This document shows positions 1 through 10,304 of a DNA stretch of 64,000 nt, piece by piece. The stretch spans positions 21,266,001 to 21,330,000 of the forward strand of contig OZ024753.1 in the NCBI GenBank assembly GCA_964016885.1, written 5' to 3'. Origin of the DNA: Eledone cirrhosa. Lineage: Eukaryota. The translations under genes and the position numbers were made by a program. Under the pieces are notes generated by a model. The model saw nothing but the letters and a program-made list of their open reading frames with translations, did no database searches and was not told the origin of the DNA. Every line of letters begins with the position of its first letter. The stretch's first letter is position 1.

Positions 1-1611
1 ATTACCTCAGGATGATCCTACATCACAAGGCTGGGTCAACTTCATAAAAAGATTTGAGGACAATTGAAGGAGTTGAATTTCCACCTTCCAAGAAGCATGC
101 AGGAAACTTGGTCTGTTGGATGAGGATGGGGAAAAAGACAAAGCTATGGAAGAAGCCTCATCCATTATGCTTGGTCCTCAGCTGTGAGAGATCTTCTGCA
201 TCATTTTATTGTACTGCATGCCAAATGACCCTCTGCATTTCAGGGAGAAATGGAAGAATTACCATACATGAAAGTCATGAGCAAGTCATGTCCAAGCAAA
301 CTGTGTAGATTGTTCTACCAACAAATAATGGGTTGGACATTCATGTCAACTATGGACTTCCTCGGCCAGACCCAACTATTGTTGCCATACCAGAAATCAA
401 CAGGGTTCTTATGGCAGAAACTGATTTCAATACACATCAACTGCAAGCAACATAAATGAACTTCTGCCAACATTTAATCCTGAGCAACTGGTTATATTTC
501 ACAAAGTAATCACCTCTGTAAATGAAAATGAAGGCAGAATTTTCTGCTTGAATGCAAGTGCAGGCACAGGAAAGACCTACCTCATAAACATCCTATTAGA
601 TTACCTCCGATCTAAAAAAAATTGCACTTGCTACTGCTATATCTGGAATAGCAGCCACTTTGCTACACAAAGGTAGAACTCTTCATTCCAAGTGCAAGAT
701 TCCTCTCAATATGACTGCTGAATCAACTTGCTTCTTCACAAAGAGGGATGCCACAGGTAAACTTATGCAGCAAGCTCTCATTGATGAGATAAGTATGGGA
801 CATAAGCATATCTTCGAATGCCTTGACAGGAGCTTCAAGGATGTTTGAGATTGCAAAAAACCATTGGGTGGTCTAACAGTATTACTTTCTGGTAACTGGA
901 AGCAAATTCTTCCAGTTGTACATCATGGTGCGGGATCACAAATAGTTGAGGCAACCATCAAGAGATCTTATCTCTGGGACTATGTTGAAACCATGGAGAT
1001 GACAACCAATCAACGGTTAATTAATGCAGGGGATTCTGATGAAAGACAGTTTGCCAACACAATTCTTCTCACATGGTCAGACGTATATTGCATTATCACG
1101 GGTTACAAAAAAAGAAAATATAAAAATATTAAATGAAAGGGGTCTGTTTGCTGACAACTGTGTCTACAAAGAAATTCTACAGTGATGTGAAACAGCCATC
1201 ACTCTGAAACGCATTTCAATTTCTTTTTAATTGCTAAAACAACAATATAGCAAGGTCAACTCTTCATATTGGTAAATGTAATTCATTCATTCATACCAGC
1301 AGCATCTATTTTCAAATTCACTGCTTGAAACTTCCCATTGGCATTCTCAAGTGAAGATTCATGAACATTTTCCGTCAACAGTTTCATCGCTTTTCCATCT
1401 CCATTATCGCCTTTTTTTAAAATGTATCATGGATTACTTTACTGATTATGGAAGTAAGTGTAACACAGTCTTTGTTCAGTTTATGTGCATATTGTCAATT
1501 TACTTTTCAATTTACGTATCATATCTATATACATATATATTTGTGTATGATATCAATATTCACACTACATATGCCAGTAGAAAACCACCCGACAGTCGGT
1601 TCTTCTGCTAG
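1..1611 (+). mobile_element. Helitron remnant (5' part outside the window, internally deleted), ending in a hairpin + CTAG
   Basis: RepHel-like coding remnants at 1-~1070. Terminal palindrome CCGAC-A-GTCGG (1589-1599), then CTAG (1608-1611), then T, matching the canonical Helitron 3' end and A|T target. Confidence 0.85.
3..1070 (+). pseudogene. Degenerate Helitron RepHel protein, PIF1-family helicase N-terminal half
   Basis: Read across frameshifts and stops: YLRMILHHKAGSTS*KDLRTIEG...QEACRKLGLL; Walker A ASAGTGKTYLI (~554-586); IALATAISGIAATLLHKGRTLHS; Walker B LIDEISM; GGLTVLLSGNWKQILPVV; MTTNQR. Later helicase motifs are absent. Confidence 0.9.
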
Positions 1612-1839
1612 TAATATATAATGTAGAAAATGGTTTGTTTTAAGAAAGCCAAGGCAATGTGAAATGGACAGTAGGCAATGAAGATGTCTGTGTCTTAACT
1701 GATAGATATTATTGATTTTTCTGTCTTAATATTTCAGGACTTAAAAATACTTTCCTCAGAGTGTGGGGAACTCACACAGTTAAATGTTCCGGTCTTGTTG
1801 CTTTGATATGGTATGCATTGGTAACTGTTGGTCTTCCAC

Positions 1840-1925
1840 AAACAACCTTTCCCAGAACTTGTGTCTTTCTAGATGTAAATCTCATGGTCATTTGTGACTG
1901 AAGGGGGTATTTAACCTTTTTTTTT
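1840..1925 (+). mobile_element. Possible SINE 3' fragment
   Basis: TTTCTAGATGTAAATCTCATGGTCATTTGTGACTGAAGGGGG plus a T-rich tail resembles an octopus SINE tail recalled from memory; not verified. Confidence 0.3.
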
Positions 1926-1982
1926 TACATTGTCCAATACATCATTTTGGGATCGGGAGTTGTTAAGAGAGCAAGGAATTAT

Positions 1983-2385
1983 TTAACCCTTTAGCATTCA
2001 CATTATTTTATAGTATCAGTAGAAGGTCGGACGCCATGCTTTGAAGCATAGAGTTACACCCCGTTATGGTGTGAGTTCCAATCCCGCTGAGGTTAACTTT
2101 GCCTTATGGGGTCAATAAAACATCCTTACGGGATCGATAAAATAAAGTACCAGTAATCTACTGAGATAATTTAGCTGGCCTGTGCCAATAGTAGAAACAA
2201 TTATTTCATATATACTATTATATTTTCATGGTAAAGGCTTTACCCCACATAATTATCTCACATAATATCGAATCTATGAGATTTTGAAAGTATTTATTTG
2301 GGAACAATACCTTAACAGCCAGTTTCAACAGAAAGCGGTAGAGAATTCTGGCCGGTTTTGGCCGGTTTGAACATTAAAGGATTAA
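1983..2385. mobile_element. Putative piggyBac-type MITE (TTAA target duplication, imperfect TIRs) containing a SINE fragment
   Basis: Left end TTAA-CCCTTTAGCATTCA (1983-2000), right end TGAACATTAAAGGA-TTAA (2368-2385); 10/14 TIR positions complementary. Confidence 0.45.
2068..2165 (+). mobile_element. tRNA-derived SINE fragment (family A)
   Basis: B-box-like GAGTTCCAATCCC followed by GCTGAGGTTAACTTTGCCTT...GATCGATAAAATAAAGTACCAGT; alignable with 3243-3310. Confidence 0.65.
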
Positions 2386-2583
2386 GAGAGATTAAGGCTG
2401 GGATAAATAGCAAGTGAAACAACCATCTAGTTGGCTCATTACAAATTCAATTAAATTTAGGATGTAGAAATGTTGAAGGTGTGAAGACAAAGATAAGTGT
2501 AAATAGTGAGGCAATTTTAAATGGAAGAAGGTAAACATTTGGAAGAAGATAAAACTTTTGCAAGGGGTGGTGGTAGAAATTAT

Positions 2584-2625
2584 GAAGTGCTGGGGTTAAA
2601 TCTTGAAGTGCTGAGGTTAAATCTA
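2584..2625 (+). repeat. 21-bp tandem duplication (2 copies)
   Basis: GAAGTGCTGGGGTTAAATCTT / GAAGTGCTGAGGTTAAATCTA. Confidence 0.8.
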
Positions 2626-3000
2626 GAAAGAATTGAACCTTTTAAAGGTAATAAAGGGGGAAAACAACTTTTCACACCAACTTCCATATTTCTGTTTTTA
2701 TTTATTTTATTTTTATTTATTTATTTTATCCACTACGTGGAACCATTTTTAATGCTGACCCTGAAACTAATCAACTCTCATAATCAATCATTCAAGACAA
2801 TTTCTTCAAATTATATTTCAAATTTCATTCATTTTTATTGTTTTAGTTTTAGTTTAAACATTTTTTCTTTCCTATTTTTTTTTGGGGGGGGGGGGGGATT
2901 AAATGTCATTTTTCCAATCAAGAACATTCAGTATAAACAAGTGTTTAGAATTTATATGACATTGCTTTAACTTGGTCATCTCTATTCTTGAAGTTTTTAT

Positions 3001-3112
3001 GTGGTCATTTGACATCCTAGAAATAGCAGTGTCTCCTTCAAATCACCTGTCTTTGAGAGAGCCTATATGTGGTGGTTTGACCTCCTAGAAACAGCAGTTA
3101 AATCTACCTCAG
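3001..3112 (+). repeat. Two diverged copies of a motif at ~68-bp spacing, probably part of an interspersed repeat
   Basis: GTGGTCATTTGACATCCTAGAAATAGCAGT (3001) vs GTGGTGGTTTGACCTCCTAGAAACAGCAGT (3069). Confidence 0.55.
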
Positions 3113-3169
3113 TTCATTTCTATATAATGTTAGAAAAAAAAAGAATATATTGGATAGTGTGATCCTAGA

Positions 3170-3320
3170 AGGCCGCAAATTGGTGGAGTCATTAGAACAT
3201 CAACTAAAATGTTTGCAGCATTTGTTCTGGCTCTCTGTCACAGAGTTCAAAACCTACTAAGGTCAACTTTACTTTTCATTCTTTCCAGCTCGATAAAAAA
3301 GTATCAGTCTAATACTGATG
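3170..3320 (+). mobile_element. tRNA-derived SINE (family A), diverged
   Basis: A-box-like TGGTGGAGTCATTAG, B-box-like GAGTTCAAAACC, then GGTCAACTTT...TCGATAAAAAAGTATCAGT, homologous to 2068-2165. Confidence 0.6.
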
Positions 3321-3439
3321 CCAATTCTTCCTTTATATCTTTCTATCCTTCTCGAGAAAAAATTGGTTGTATTCAGACCTGGAGAGATTGACTGCCAGGT
3401 TTTAAAATGTCCTGGAAATGCTGTATGTCAATATGGCTT

Positions 3440-3521
3440 GGATTCACAATCGTGAGGTAGTGAGTTTGATTCCTGGACCGGGCAATGCATTGAACAAGAC
3501 ACATTATTTCACATTGCTCCT
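3440..3521 (+). mobile_element. tRNA-derived SINE fragment (family B, CORE-like body)
   Basis: tRNA-like TTCACAATCGTGAGGTAGTGAGTTTGATTCC, then TTGAACAAGACACATTATTTCACATTGCTCC, matching 8608-8638. Confidence 0.6.
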
Positions 3522-4644
3522 TCCATCAGGAGTTATGACAGGTATATAGTATCTGCAATGGAAAGACCTATGGAAACATTGTTTCCCTGATCCAATTTGA
3601 TGAGCTCCACCCTACTCAGTAAGCAAATAAGGTCTGGAATCTTGTTGATTGATTCTTTCTCTTTCCTTACATGAAATCACAAAGACTGTAGAAGAAAATT
3701 AAAAATTTACTGAGACAACAAGTTTCTCCTCACATATCCAGGTCATCTTTTATTTTTCATATTTTTGTTTTGTTAAGCAGAGCATTTGTGGATGTGGTCT
3801 GTGTAGTGTGCTGTTTTGCAGGCTTTGTAGTATATTGTAGGTTGTTATAGAGTGGAGAATTTAATATAGTGCTTGTAAACTACTGTTTGTTTATTTTGTT
3901 TTGGCTAAATATAGTACCTGCAATTGCTACAAGTATGTAATATGTTGCTAGTAATTGTCTGGGGTGTTTTTATGGAGAGGATGGGTTCCATCAGGTGTAA
4001 AACACACTATGTGTCAGAAGGCCTCCTTTACAACCCCATCAGAAATTAAGGGCTCTATTTTTTTTACTCATTTCTCTTCTATTTTTTTATTTGCTTTATA
4101 TATTGAAAATGTGCATTGAGCTACTGTGGGTATAGGCCTGTGCTGTGTACTCCTATTGTGTTTTTCGGTTCAGTCCACCCTCCTATTGCCACTACTCCTA
4201 GATCTATCATATAGGTCTGAGTTTCCGTGTTTACTTTCTATATTATAGAGAGTTGCTGACATTATATCTATTCCTACTGGTATTGGCTATTGGCGTTGCC
4301 GGTGTTCTAATGCTGTCGTTAATCCATACGGTCTCCCTACACCCACATTGTGTGTCGTCCATATGATATCCCTACCTCTAGCTATTCTATCAATCAGTGT
4401 GACGTTGGGGAGGTTCTGGTTCCTTGTGTTATGAATCCTATCAACACCCCGCATCAAAACCCATCTAATTGTCGTGTTCCTGTCTATATCTATTTCCTGG
4501 GACCTATCAATGTGTGTTTGTACGCGGTTATTATACGTGTCTCTAACTATGGTATTGCTATCCGTATAGCTGGGTTTCCTGCAGCTGGGCCTGTCCATGT
4601 TCAGAGTGTATACAATGGCTTCCGTATAACCGACCCTAGCACAT

Positions 4645-5118
4645 GGGTGTATATCTGTGTGTCTGAGTGTATATATACTTTAGTACATATATATATGTTT
4701 GTACATATATGTATGTATATGTATGTGAGTATAGGTGTGGGGAGGATATATGTGAGTATGTATATGTGTGTGTGTTTGTGATTATATATATATATGTATG
4801 TATATGTGTAGATGTATATATATATATATGTATGTGTCTGTGCTTAGATATATCTATATCGGTGTGCATGTATATCTATGTATGTGTGTATGTGTATATA
4901 TATATGTGTGTGTCTGTATATATATATATATATATATATACATATCTACGGGTGTGGGTCTATGTTTATGTGTGTGTATGTGTGTGTATGTGTGTATGTG
5001 TGTATGGGTATATATGCATATGCCTGTGTGTATGCATGTATATATATATACATATATGTGTATGTGTGAGAGAATACTTTTCCTATATGGGTTTTTATAT
5101 ATATATATATATATATAA
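4645..5118. repeat. Compound (TA)n/(TG)n microsatellite
   Basis: Seen directly; it produces the spurious Y/I/V/C/M-rich ORFs in the track. Confidence 0.95.
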
Positions 5119-5139
5119 GAGAGGCTACTAAATGAGGAG

Positions 5140-6639
5140 AATAAGTGGGAAAAAGATAGCTTTTGTTGACTTGAAGAAAGCCTTTGACAGAGTCCTCTGC
5201 TCCATTATCTGGTGGGCTCTTAGAAAACTAGGTGTTGATGAATGGCTTGTGAGGGCTATACAAGCTATGTATAAAGAAACAGTCAGCAATTAACAATGAA
5301 TATAGTGAAGAATTTAGCGTAAACGTTGGTGTTCATCAAGGCTCTGTCTTAGCCCCCTCCTATTTATTATTGCCCTTCAGGCTATAACAGAGGAGTTCAA
5401 GACTGGCTGCCCATAGGAACTTCTATATGCAGATGATCTAACTCTCATAGCTGAATCGATGGCTGAACTAGAGAAGAAATTCCAAACATGGAAGCATGGC
5501 CTAGAATCAAAAGGCCTTAAAGTTAACTTGTCTAAGACTAAAGTTCTAGTATGTAGAAAGGAAAATAAGGCACAGGTACCCTCTGGAAATGGCCATGCTC
5601 AGTGTGTAGGAAAGGAGTAGGTAGAAATTCCATTCTATGCCCCAAATGCAAACTATGGGTACATAAAAGATGTAATGGGATCACAGGTAGACTATCTAAG
5701 AATGTAGATTTTATATGTGGCCGATGTTCAGGTGCAATAAGTAGAAAGTGCCCACAGGATACTAGCTCCTTTTATTGCCCAGATGGTTCTATAGAAATAG
5801 TGGACACTTTCCGTTACCTGGGTAACAAAATCAGCAGTGGTGGAGGGTGCTCTGAAAGTACAGTAGCCAGAGTCAGAACGGGATGGAAAAAGTTCAGAGA
5901 GCTTATACCACTATTGGCCACTAAAGGTTTCTCTCTAAAAATGAAAGGCAGATTGTATGATGCCTGTATATGAACAACAATGTTACATGGCAGTGAAACA
6001 TGGGCATTGTGTGCAGAGGATCTGTGCAGACTGGAGAGGAACGAAGCATCCATGCTCTGTTGGATGTGTAATAGTAATATACGCAAACGGCAAAGCATAA
6101 ATGAACTAAGTGAGAAATTAGGAATAAGAGGGATCAGATACTGTTTACTTGAGAGAAGACTATGTTGGTATGGTCACGTGATGCGCATGAAAGACTACAG
6201 CTGTATAAAAAAGTGCAGGACGATCAAAATCGATGGAAGTACGGAGTAGGTAGACCCAGAAAAACCTAGGACGATTTGATAAATTCCGACCTTACACACT
6301 TACACCTCTCTAAGACAATGTCACTGGACCAAGATCTTTGGTGCTACGCAGTAATACAGAAGACCCGCCTTGCCTATGTACAAAGCGAAACCTACAGTCA
6401 GTAAGCACCTCTTAACCAAATATATACCCCATCCCACTACCCCTATTCCACCCCACACCCACCAACACCACCCTTTCTCTGTAAAGTTATGTTGGTACCA
6501 GAACATCCAGACGTAGAAAACCTGCCAGATAGTCCTATACGAGTGAGACATGGTCACCCAACCCATCTTGCCTAAAGTAGGACAACTCCCGTCTAAGCCA
6601 TGCTAGCGTGGGAGATAGACATTAAATGATGATGATGAT
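5140..6639 (+). mobile_element. 5'-truncated, degenerate RTE-type LINE (RT region to 3' UTR, (TGA)n tail)
   Basis: AFVDLKKAFDRV (from 5159), GVHQGSVL, LYADDL (YADD 5426-5437), KTKVL, FRYLG, MLHGSETW, RRLCWYGHVMRM and GRPRKT, with several stops and frameshifts; ends ...GACATTAAATGATGATGATGAT. Confidence 0.9.
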
Positions 6640-7079
6640 ATATACATATGCATGGGTCTATATGTGTGTATATATGTATATAGGTGTGTATATATGAATG
6701 TCAGTATGTATATATATATATGTATGTGTGTATCTGTGTGTATGTATGTGTTTATACAAGTACATATATGTTTGTAAATGTAAATTCTTTATGTGTGTGT
6801 ATGTGGGTGTCTATGTGTATATATATGTATTTTTACATGTATGGGTGTGTATGTGTATATATAGGTCTAAGTATATATATGCATGTATGTACACTTAGAA
6901 AAGTGTAAGTAAATGTTTGGGTGGGTGCGACTGTTGCACATGCAGGTTTTGGATGTCAGCTAATATATGTATGGCCATATGTGTGTATATATGTACGGAC
7001 ACCTATCTATATTCACATAGGTTTTTTTGTATAAGTATGTGCGCGGGTGTATGTACGTAGATGTATGTAGATATGTACA

Positions 7080-7110
<31 letters not shown>

Positions 7111-7117
7111 TTGTATG

Positions 7118-7160
<43 letters not shown>
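6640..7160. repeat. Compound (TA)n/(TG)n microsatellite with short interruptions
   Basis: Seen directly. Confidence 0.9.
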
Positions 7161-7767
7161 GGTGGCTGCCAACTCGTTTTCGAGTACGGCCACTACTTTA
7201 TATCCATGTAGGAGAAACCCTACCGATGCGCTGAACGAGTGTGACTTTTTAGTCCAGCCAGCGACTTCAAAACTCTGGTACAAACACTACACTTGTGACA
7301 ATTATTGACACAGTGCTGGGCCCATGGTACCATGTAACAACAAGTGCAGAGAGATCTCCAGATATACAGCAATGCCTGTGCCGTGAAGTTTTTATAGTGA
7401 GCAAAGGCACTGTACAAAGCCAGTCCCACTCTCTTAACCAAGATGATATTTACCAAAAAGAATAACAAGTCAACATCATTGGATACCATCAGGGTTGCAG
7501 GTGTTATATCAGAGTTTTCCTTCTCCTAGAAGTCTGCCTTGACAAAGGCTAAGGGGTCATCTCTCCCGGTGATTTTGGATGGCCATTGACTCTTAAGAGC
7601 TCCTTTGCCCCTTGACAGGTTTTGTTTTTAGTCCTGCAGGATGTCCAAAGTCACCCTCCTCACCAAGAAACCTTGGTGGGGTTGCCAGTTTAGTCGCCAA
7701 CAACCCGACCATGAGACAGGTTGTACTGGGATATATGTTACCAGTAGCACCAACTGGTGACCTGACC
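7161..7767 (-). mobile_element. Short non-autonomous bipartite RTE-derived retroposon (5' UTR joined to 3' end)
   Basis: Minus strand has the RTE 5'-UTR-like motif TCTAGGAGAAGGAAAACTCTGAT (plus 7508-7530), a C-terminal C2H2-type finger CSVCTRVLKSLAGLKSHTRSAHR* (7291-7220), and a 3' UTR CTCGAAAACGAG hairpin running into (AT)n. No RT or endonuclease lies between them. Confidence 0.65.
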
Positions 7768-7990
7768 TATATATATATATATGTGTGTGTGTATAAATGT
7801 GTGTATGTATATATGCGTGCATATGTATGTATGTATATATATATGCATCTATATGTATATATATGCATATGTATGTATGTATGTATATGCATCTATAGGT
7901 ATAGGTACATGTGTTTGGGTGTGTGTGTGTGTGTATATATAGATATGTGTGTGTGTGTATGTGTATGTATATGTAAGTCGCTATATGTCT
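7768..7990. repeat. (TA)n/(TG)n microsatellite
   Basis: Seen directly. Confidence 0.9.
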
Positions 7991-8293
7991 TTTCTTTCAT
8001 GTCCGAACTTTAGCCACCCTCCCCCTCCCTGCTTGCTAAGGACACCGGCCCCTAAGTGTGACCTGCGAACACTTCAACCATGTCTCGCAGTGAGAGGCAG
8101 GCCAACGGTCTTCCATACAAGAATGCACATGACAACTTGACCAGATAGGAGACCGACGTTACTTCGGGGATAGACTGATGATGAGACAATGAACTAATGA
8201 GCAGACGCTAAATACTACGCTGTTAGAATGCGCTGTATATATCTAATAGCTAGAGAACTTCACACATAGAATCGGAGACAAGATCACATAGGA

Positions 8294-8387
8294 AACAAAT
8301 CTGATGATCTTTCGATTATAGAGTCAGGTTCGATCAATAATAGGTCATTCCTCAAGCTTATCGATAGTGAAACATATGTAATATGTT
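8294..8387 (+). ncRNA. Type I hammerhead ribozyme-like motif (Penelope/retrozyme style)
   Basis: Stem I AACAAAT(8294-8300)/ATATGTT(8381-8387); core CTGATGA (8301-8307); stem II CTTTCGAT/ATCGATAG closing a long loop; GAAA (8369-8372); palindromic stem III CATATG; GTA cleavage triplet ending at 8380. Confidence 0.65.
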
Positions 8388-8521
8388 ACTAAATATGTTG
8401 TGATGCAACACTGAATCCTTGTTCCTTTATTCTTATAATTTCATACTCTGCTCTGTGCGAGCATCAAGTGCTCAACCAGCATACCGCCTACGGAGGCAAT
8501 TTTTCTTATATATATATATAT

Positions 8522-8553
8522 ATGCAAGGCTCTAACCACTAAGCCATGTGCCT

Positions 8554-8556
<3 letters not shown>
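8522..8556 (-). mobile_element. SINE tRNA-like head (A-box), minus strand
   Basis: Reverse complement TGGAGGCACATGGCTTAGTGGTTAGAGCCTTGC contains an A-box (TGGCTTAGTGG). Confidence 0.5.
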
Positions 8557-8587
<31 letters not shown>

Positions 8588-8590
<3 letters not shown>

Positions 8591-8860
8591 AGTGATGTGT
8601 TGTTTCCTTGAGCAAGACATTTTATTTCACATTGCTCCAGTTTACTCAGCTGTAGAAATGAGATGATAGGACTGGGATCCCTATCATTCCACTGCAAAAT
8701 GGTTGTGTAGGTGCCACAGCAAAAAAGCACCCAGCACTCACTGTAAATGAGATTGGTGTTAGGAAGGGTATCCAGCTGTAGAAATGAAGCCAGAATCAGT
8801 TCCAGTCCCACCCTTGCAAGCAGAGACAAGCGGATGTAAAATGATGATCATGATGATGAT
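8588..8860 (+). mobile_element. SINE body (family B) and SINE 3' portion with LINE-like (TGA)n tail
   Basis: CCTTGAGCAAGACATTTTATTTCACATTGCTCCAGTTTACTCAGCTGTAGAAATGAG; ends GCGGATGTAAAATGATGATCATGATGATGAT, similar to the LINE end at 6598-6639. Confidence 0.6.
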
Positions 8861-8982
8861 ATATATATGTTATACTTTGAGAGGATCATGTTGCCAATAT
8901 GCACCTGTTGGTTTTCACTTCAATTTATTATAAACTTCTAGTAGGTTGATTGGTTCAATAAACTGGATGATTGTTTATATAT

Positions 8983-9026
8983 TGTCGAAGCTCTTTTGTC
9001 ACACATTCTGTGACCTCCTCAGTGAC
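8983..9026 (-). ncRNA. Degenerate minimal hammerhead motif in the Penelope-like 3' repeat
   Basis: Minus strand GTCA-CTGAGGA-G-GTCACA-GAATG-TGTGAC-AAAA-GAGCT-TC-GAC: CUGANGA, 6-bp stem II, AGCT palindrome and short GTC/GAC stem I, but GAAA reads AAAA. Confidence 0.45.
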
Positions 9027-9274
9027 TGGGTTTTACTTTGTGTCTCTCCTTTGTTCTGTCCTACACCATCTTGGTTTTGTGTTATGTGTTGAGTGCTTGA
9101 TTAGCACATGCATTACATCTGTGTGTGTGTGTGTTTATTTATATGTTTATTTACTTGTCACTAGTTGGTTGTTTGTTCTATCTGTGTGTGTCTGATTTGT
9201 TTTGTTAGTTTGGTTTTTGTGTGTCTCTGTATGATTTCATTTTGTCCTTAATTACTAGTTGTGGTGTTGCTATT

Positions 9275-9634
9275 TTACTCATGTTTTCTGTTTAATTTTG
9301 GTTGGAGTTTGTTTATGTTTGTTGCCTCTGTGATTTGTCTGAGCATTGCATCTTTTCTGTGTGTGGATATAATTTTTATCTCAGTGTTCTCTAGTGTGCC
9401 CCTATGTTCTATTTTGGCATGTTGATGGAGGACTCATGAGTGTTTTCCATCCTGGAGTTCTCGCCAGTGTTCACTTATCCTTTCTCCTATGTTACGGGCT
9501 GTTTCAGCTATATATGTTATGTACATATTCCTATACTGTCCTTCAGTACATCTTATACTATATACTACTTTTCTAGTTTTGGAGTTAGTTTGTGGGTTTA
9601 ACTTGCAGGCTATGCATTTCCTATCAGTGCAGGG
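9275..9634 (-). pseudogene. GIY-YIG endonuclease of a Penelope-like retroelement (one internal stop)
   Basis: Manual translation: PCTDRKCIACKLNPQTNSKTRKVVYSIRCTEGQYRNMYITYIAETARNIGERISEHWRELQDGKHS*VLHQHAKIEH...DAMLRQITEATNINKLQPKLNRKHE*. Shows a Cys-rich linker, VVY...YIAET, RxxEH, conserved His residues, RxxxEA and PxLN. Confidence 0.85.
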
Positions 9635-10301
9635 GGTTCTTTGAAATGGATAGCTTTTACTAATTAGGGTTTTTCAACTATCTTAATATTTAATTTTAGT
9701 TTGTCTCGAGACCTTCTAAATCTGTAAGGTAGTGCACCTCTGCGGCTTGCATTGATGAAAGTTACACTCTGATATTTATTGCTATCATATCATGAGTTGA
9801 TTTTATTTGTCCTTTTCTTAATCCTTTCTATTTTATTCTAAAATGTGCTCCTAAACATGGGGCAAGTCCCCATACATCATTTTCTACAATCTTTGCTCAT
9901 TTGGTCCTGGCTCCTTTATATACCTTGATCTTGTCTCTCTGATTGTTTCCCATGTCATTGCCATTGGTCCTAGTTTCTCTACCTCTCTCATTGTTATTAT
10001 TGTCACTTACCTCTGTGTCACTGTCGTTTTCTAACCTGTTTTCTGTGTCCATGTGTCTTGTTGTTGGGGTGTGTATTGTGGTAGGAGGCATAGTATGTGT
10101 TCTGTATGTGTGTGTGTTGTTGTTGTGGCATATTTAGGAAGTAACTGTAGTACAGACAGTTTGTCAGGATCATTTCTTGCTAAAATGTTTGTTGCATTTC
10201 TGGATGATGTATTTTTCTTCTTCCTGTATAATGTTTATGTATTCTTGGTGTAGTGATCTTACTTATTTCTTGTATTAGGTTACGTTTTCGTTTTTCCTGT
10301 T

Positions 10302-10304
<3 letters not shown>

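Noticed and set aside
54-1136. Host PIF1 helicase gene
   Set aside because: Intronless, multiply disrupted, preceded by Helitron-specific linker motifs and followed by a Helitron 3' end.
2521-2970. 149-aa ORF with hydrophobic stretches
   Set aside because: Made of a 21-bp duplication, T-rich tracts and T/G homopolymers; no recognisable domain.
2068-3521. tRNA genes suggested by A/B-box motifs
   Set aside because: No complete cloverleaf; the motifs continue into SINE body sequence.
3955-4050. Minus-strand hammerhead at CTGATGG
   Set aside because: The core deviates from CUGANGA and no GAAA or stem III could be placed.
4636-8013. ORFs rich in Y/I/V/C/M or H/T/Y/I
   Set aside because: They are translations of TA/TG microsatellites; the LINE-derived ORFs in this span are annotated separately.
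8175-8215. Additional hammerhead at CTGATGATGAG
   Set aside because: No stem II followed by GAAA and a cleavage triplet at suitable spacing.
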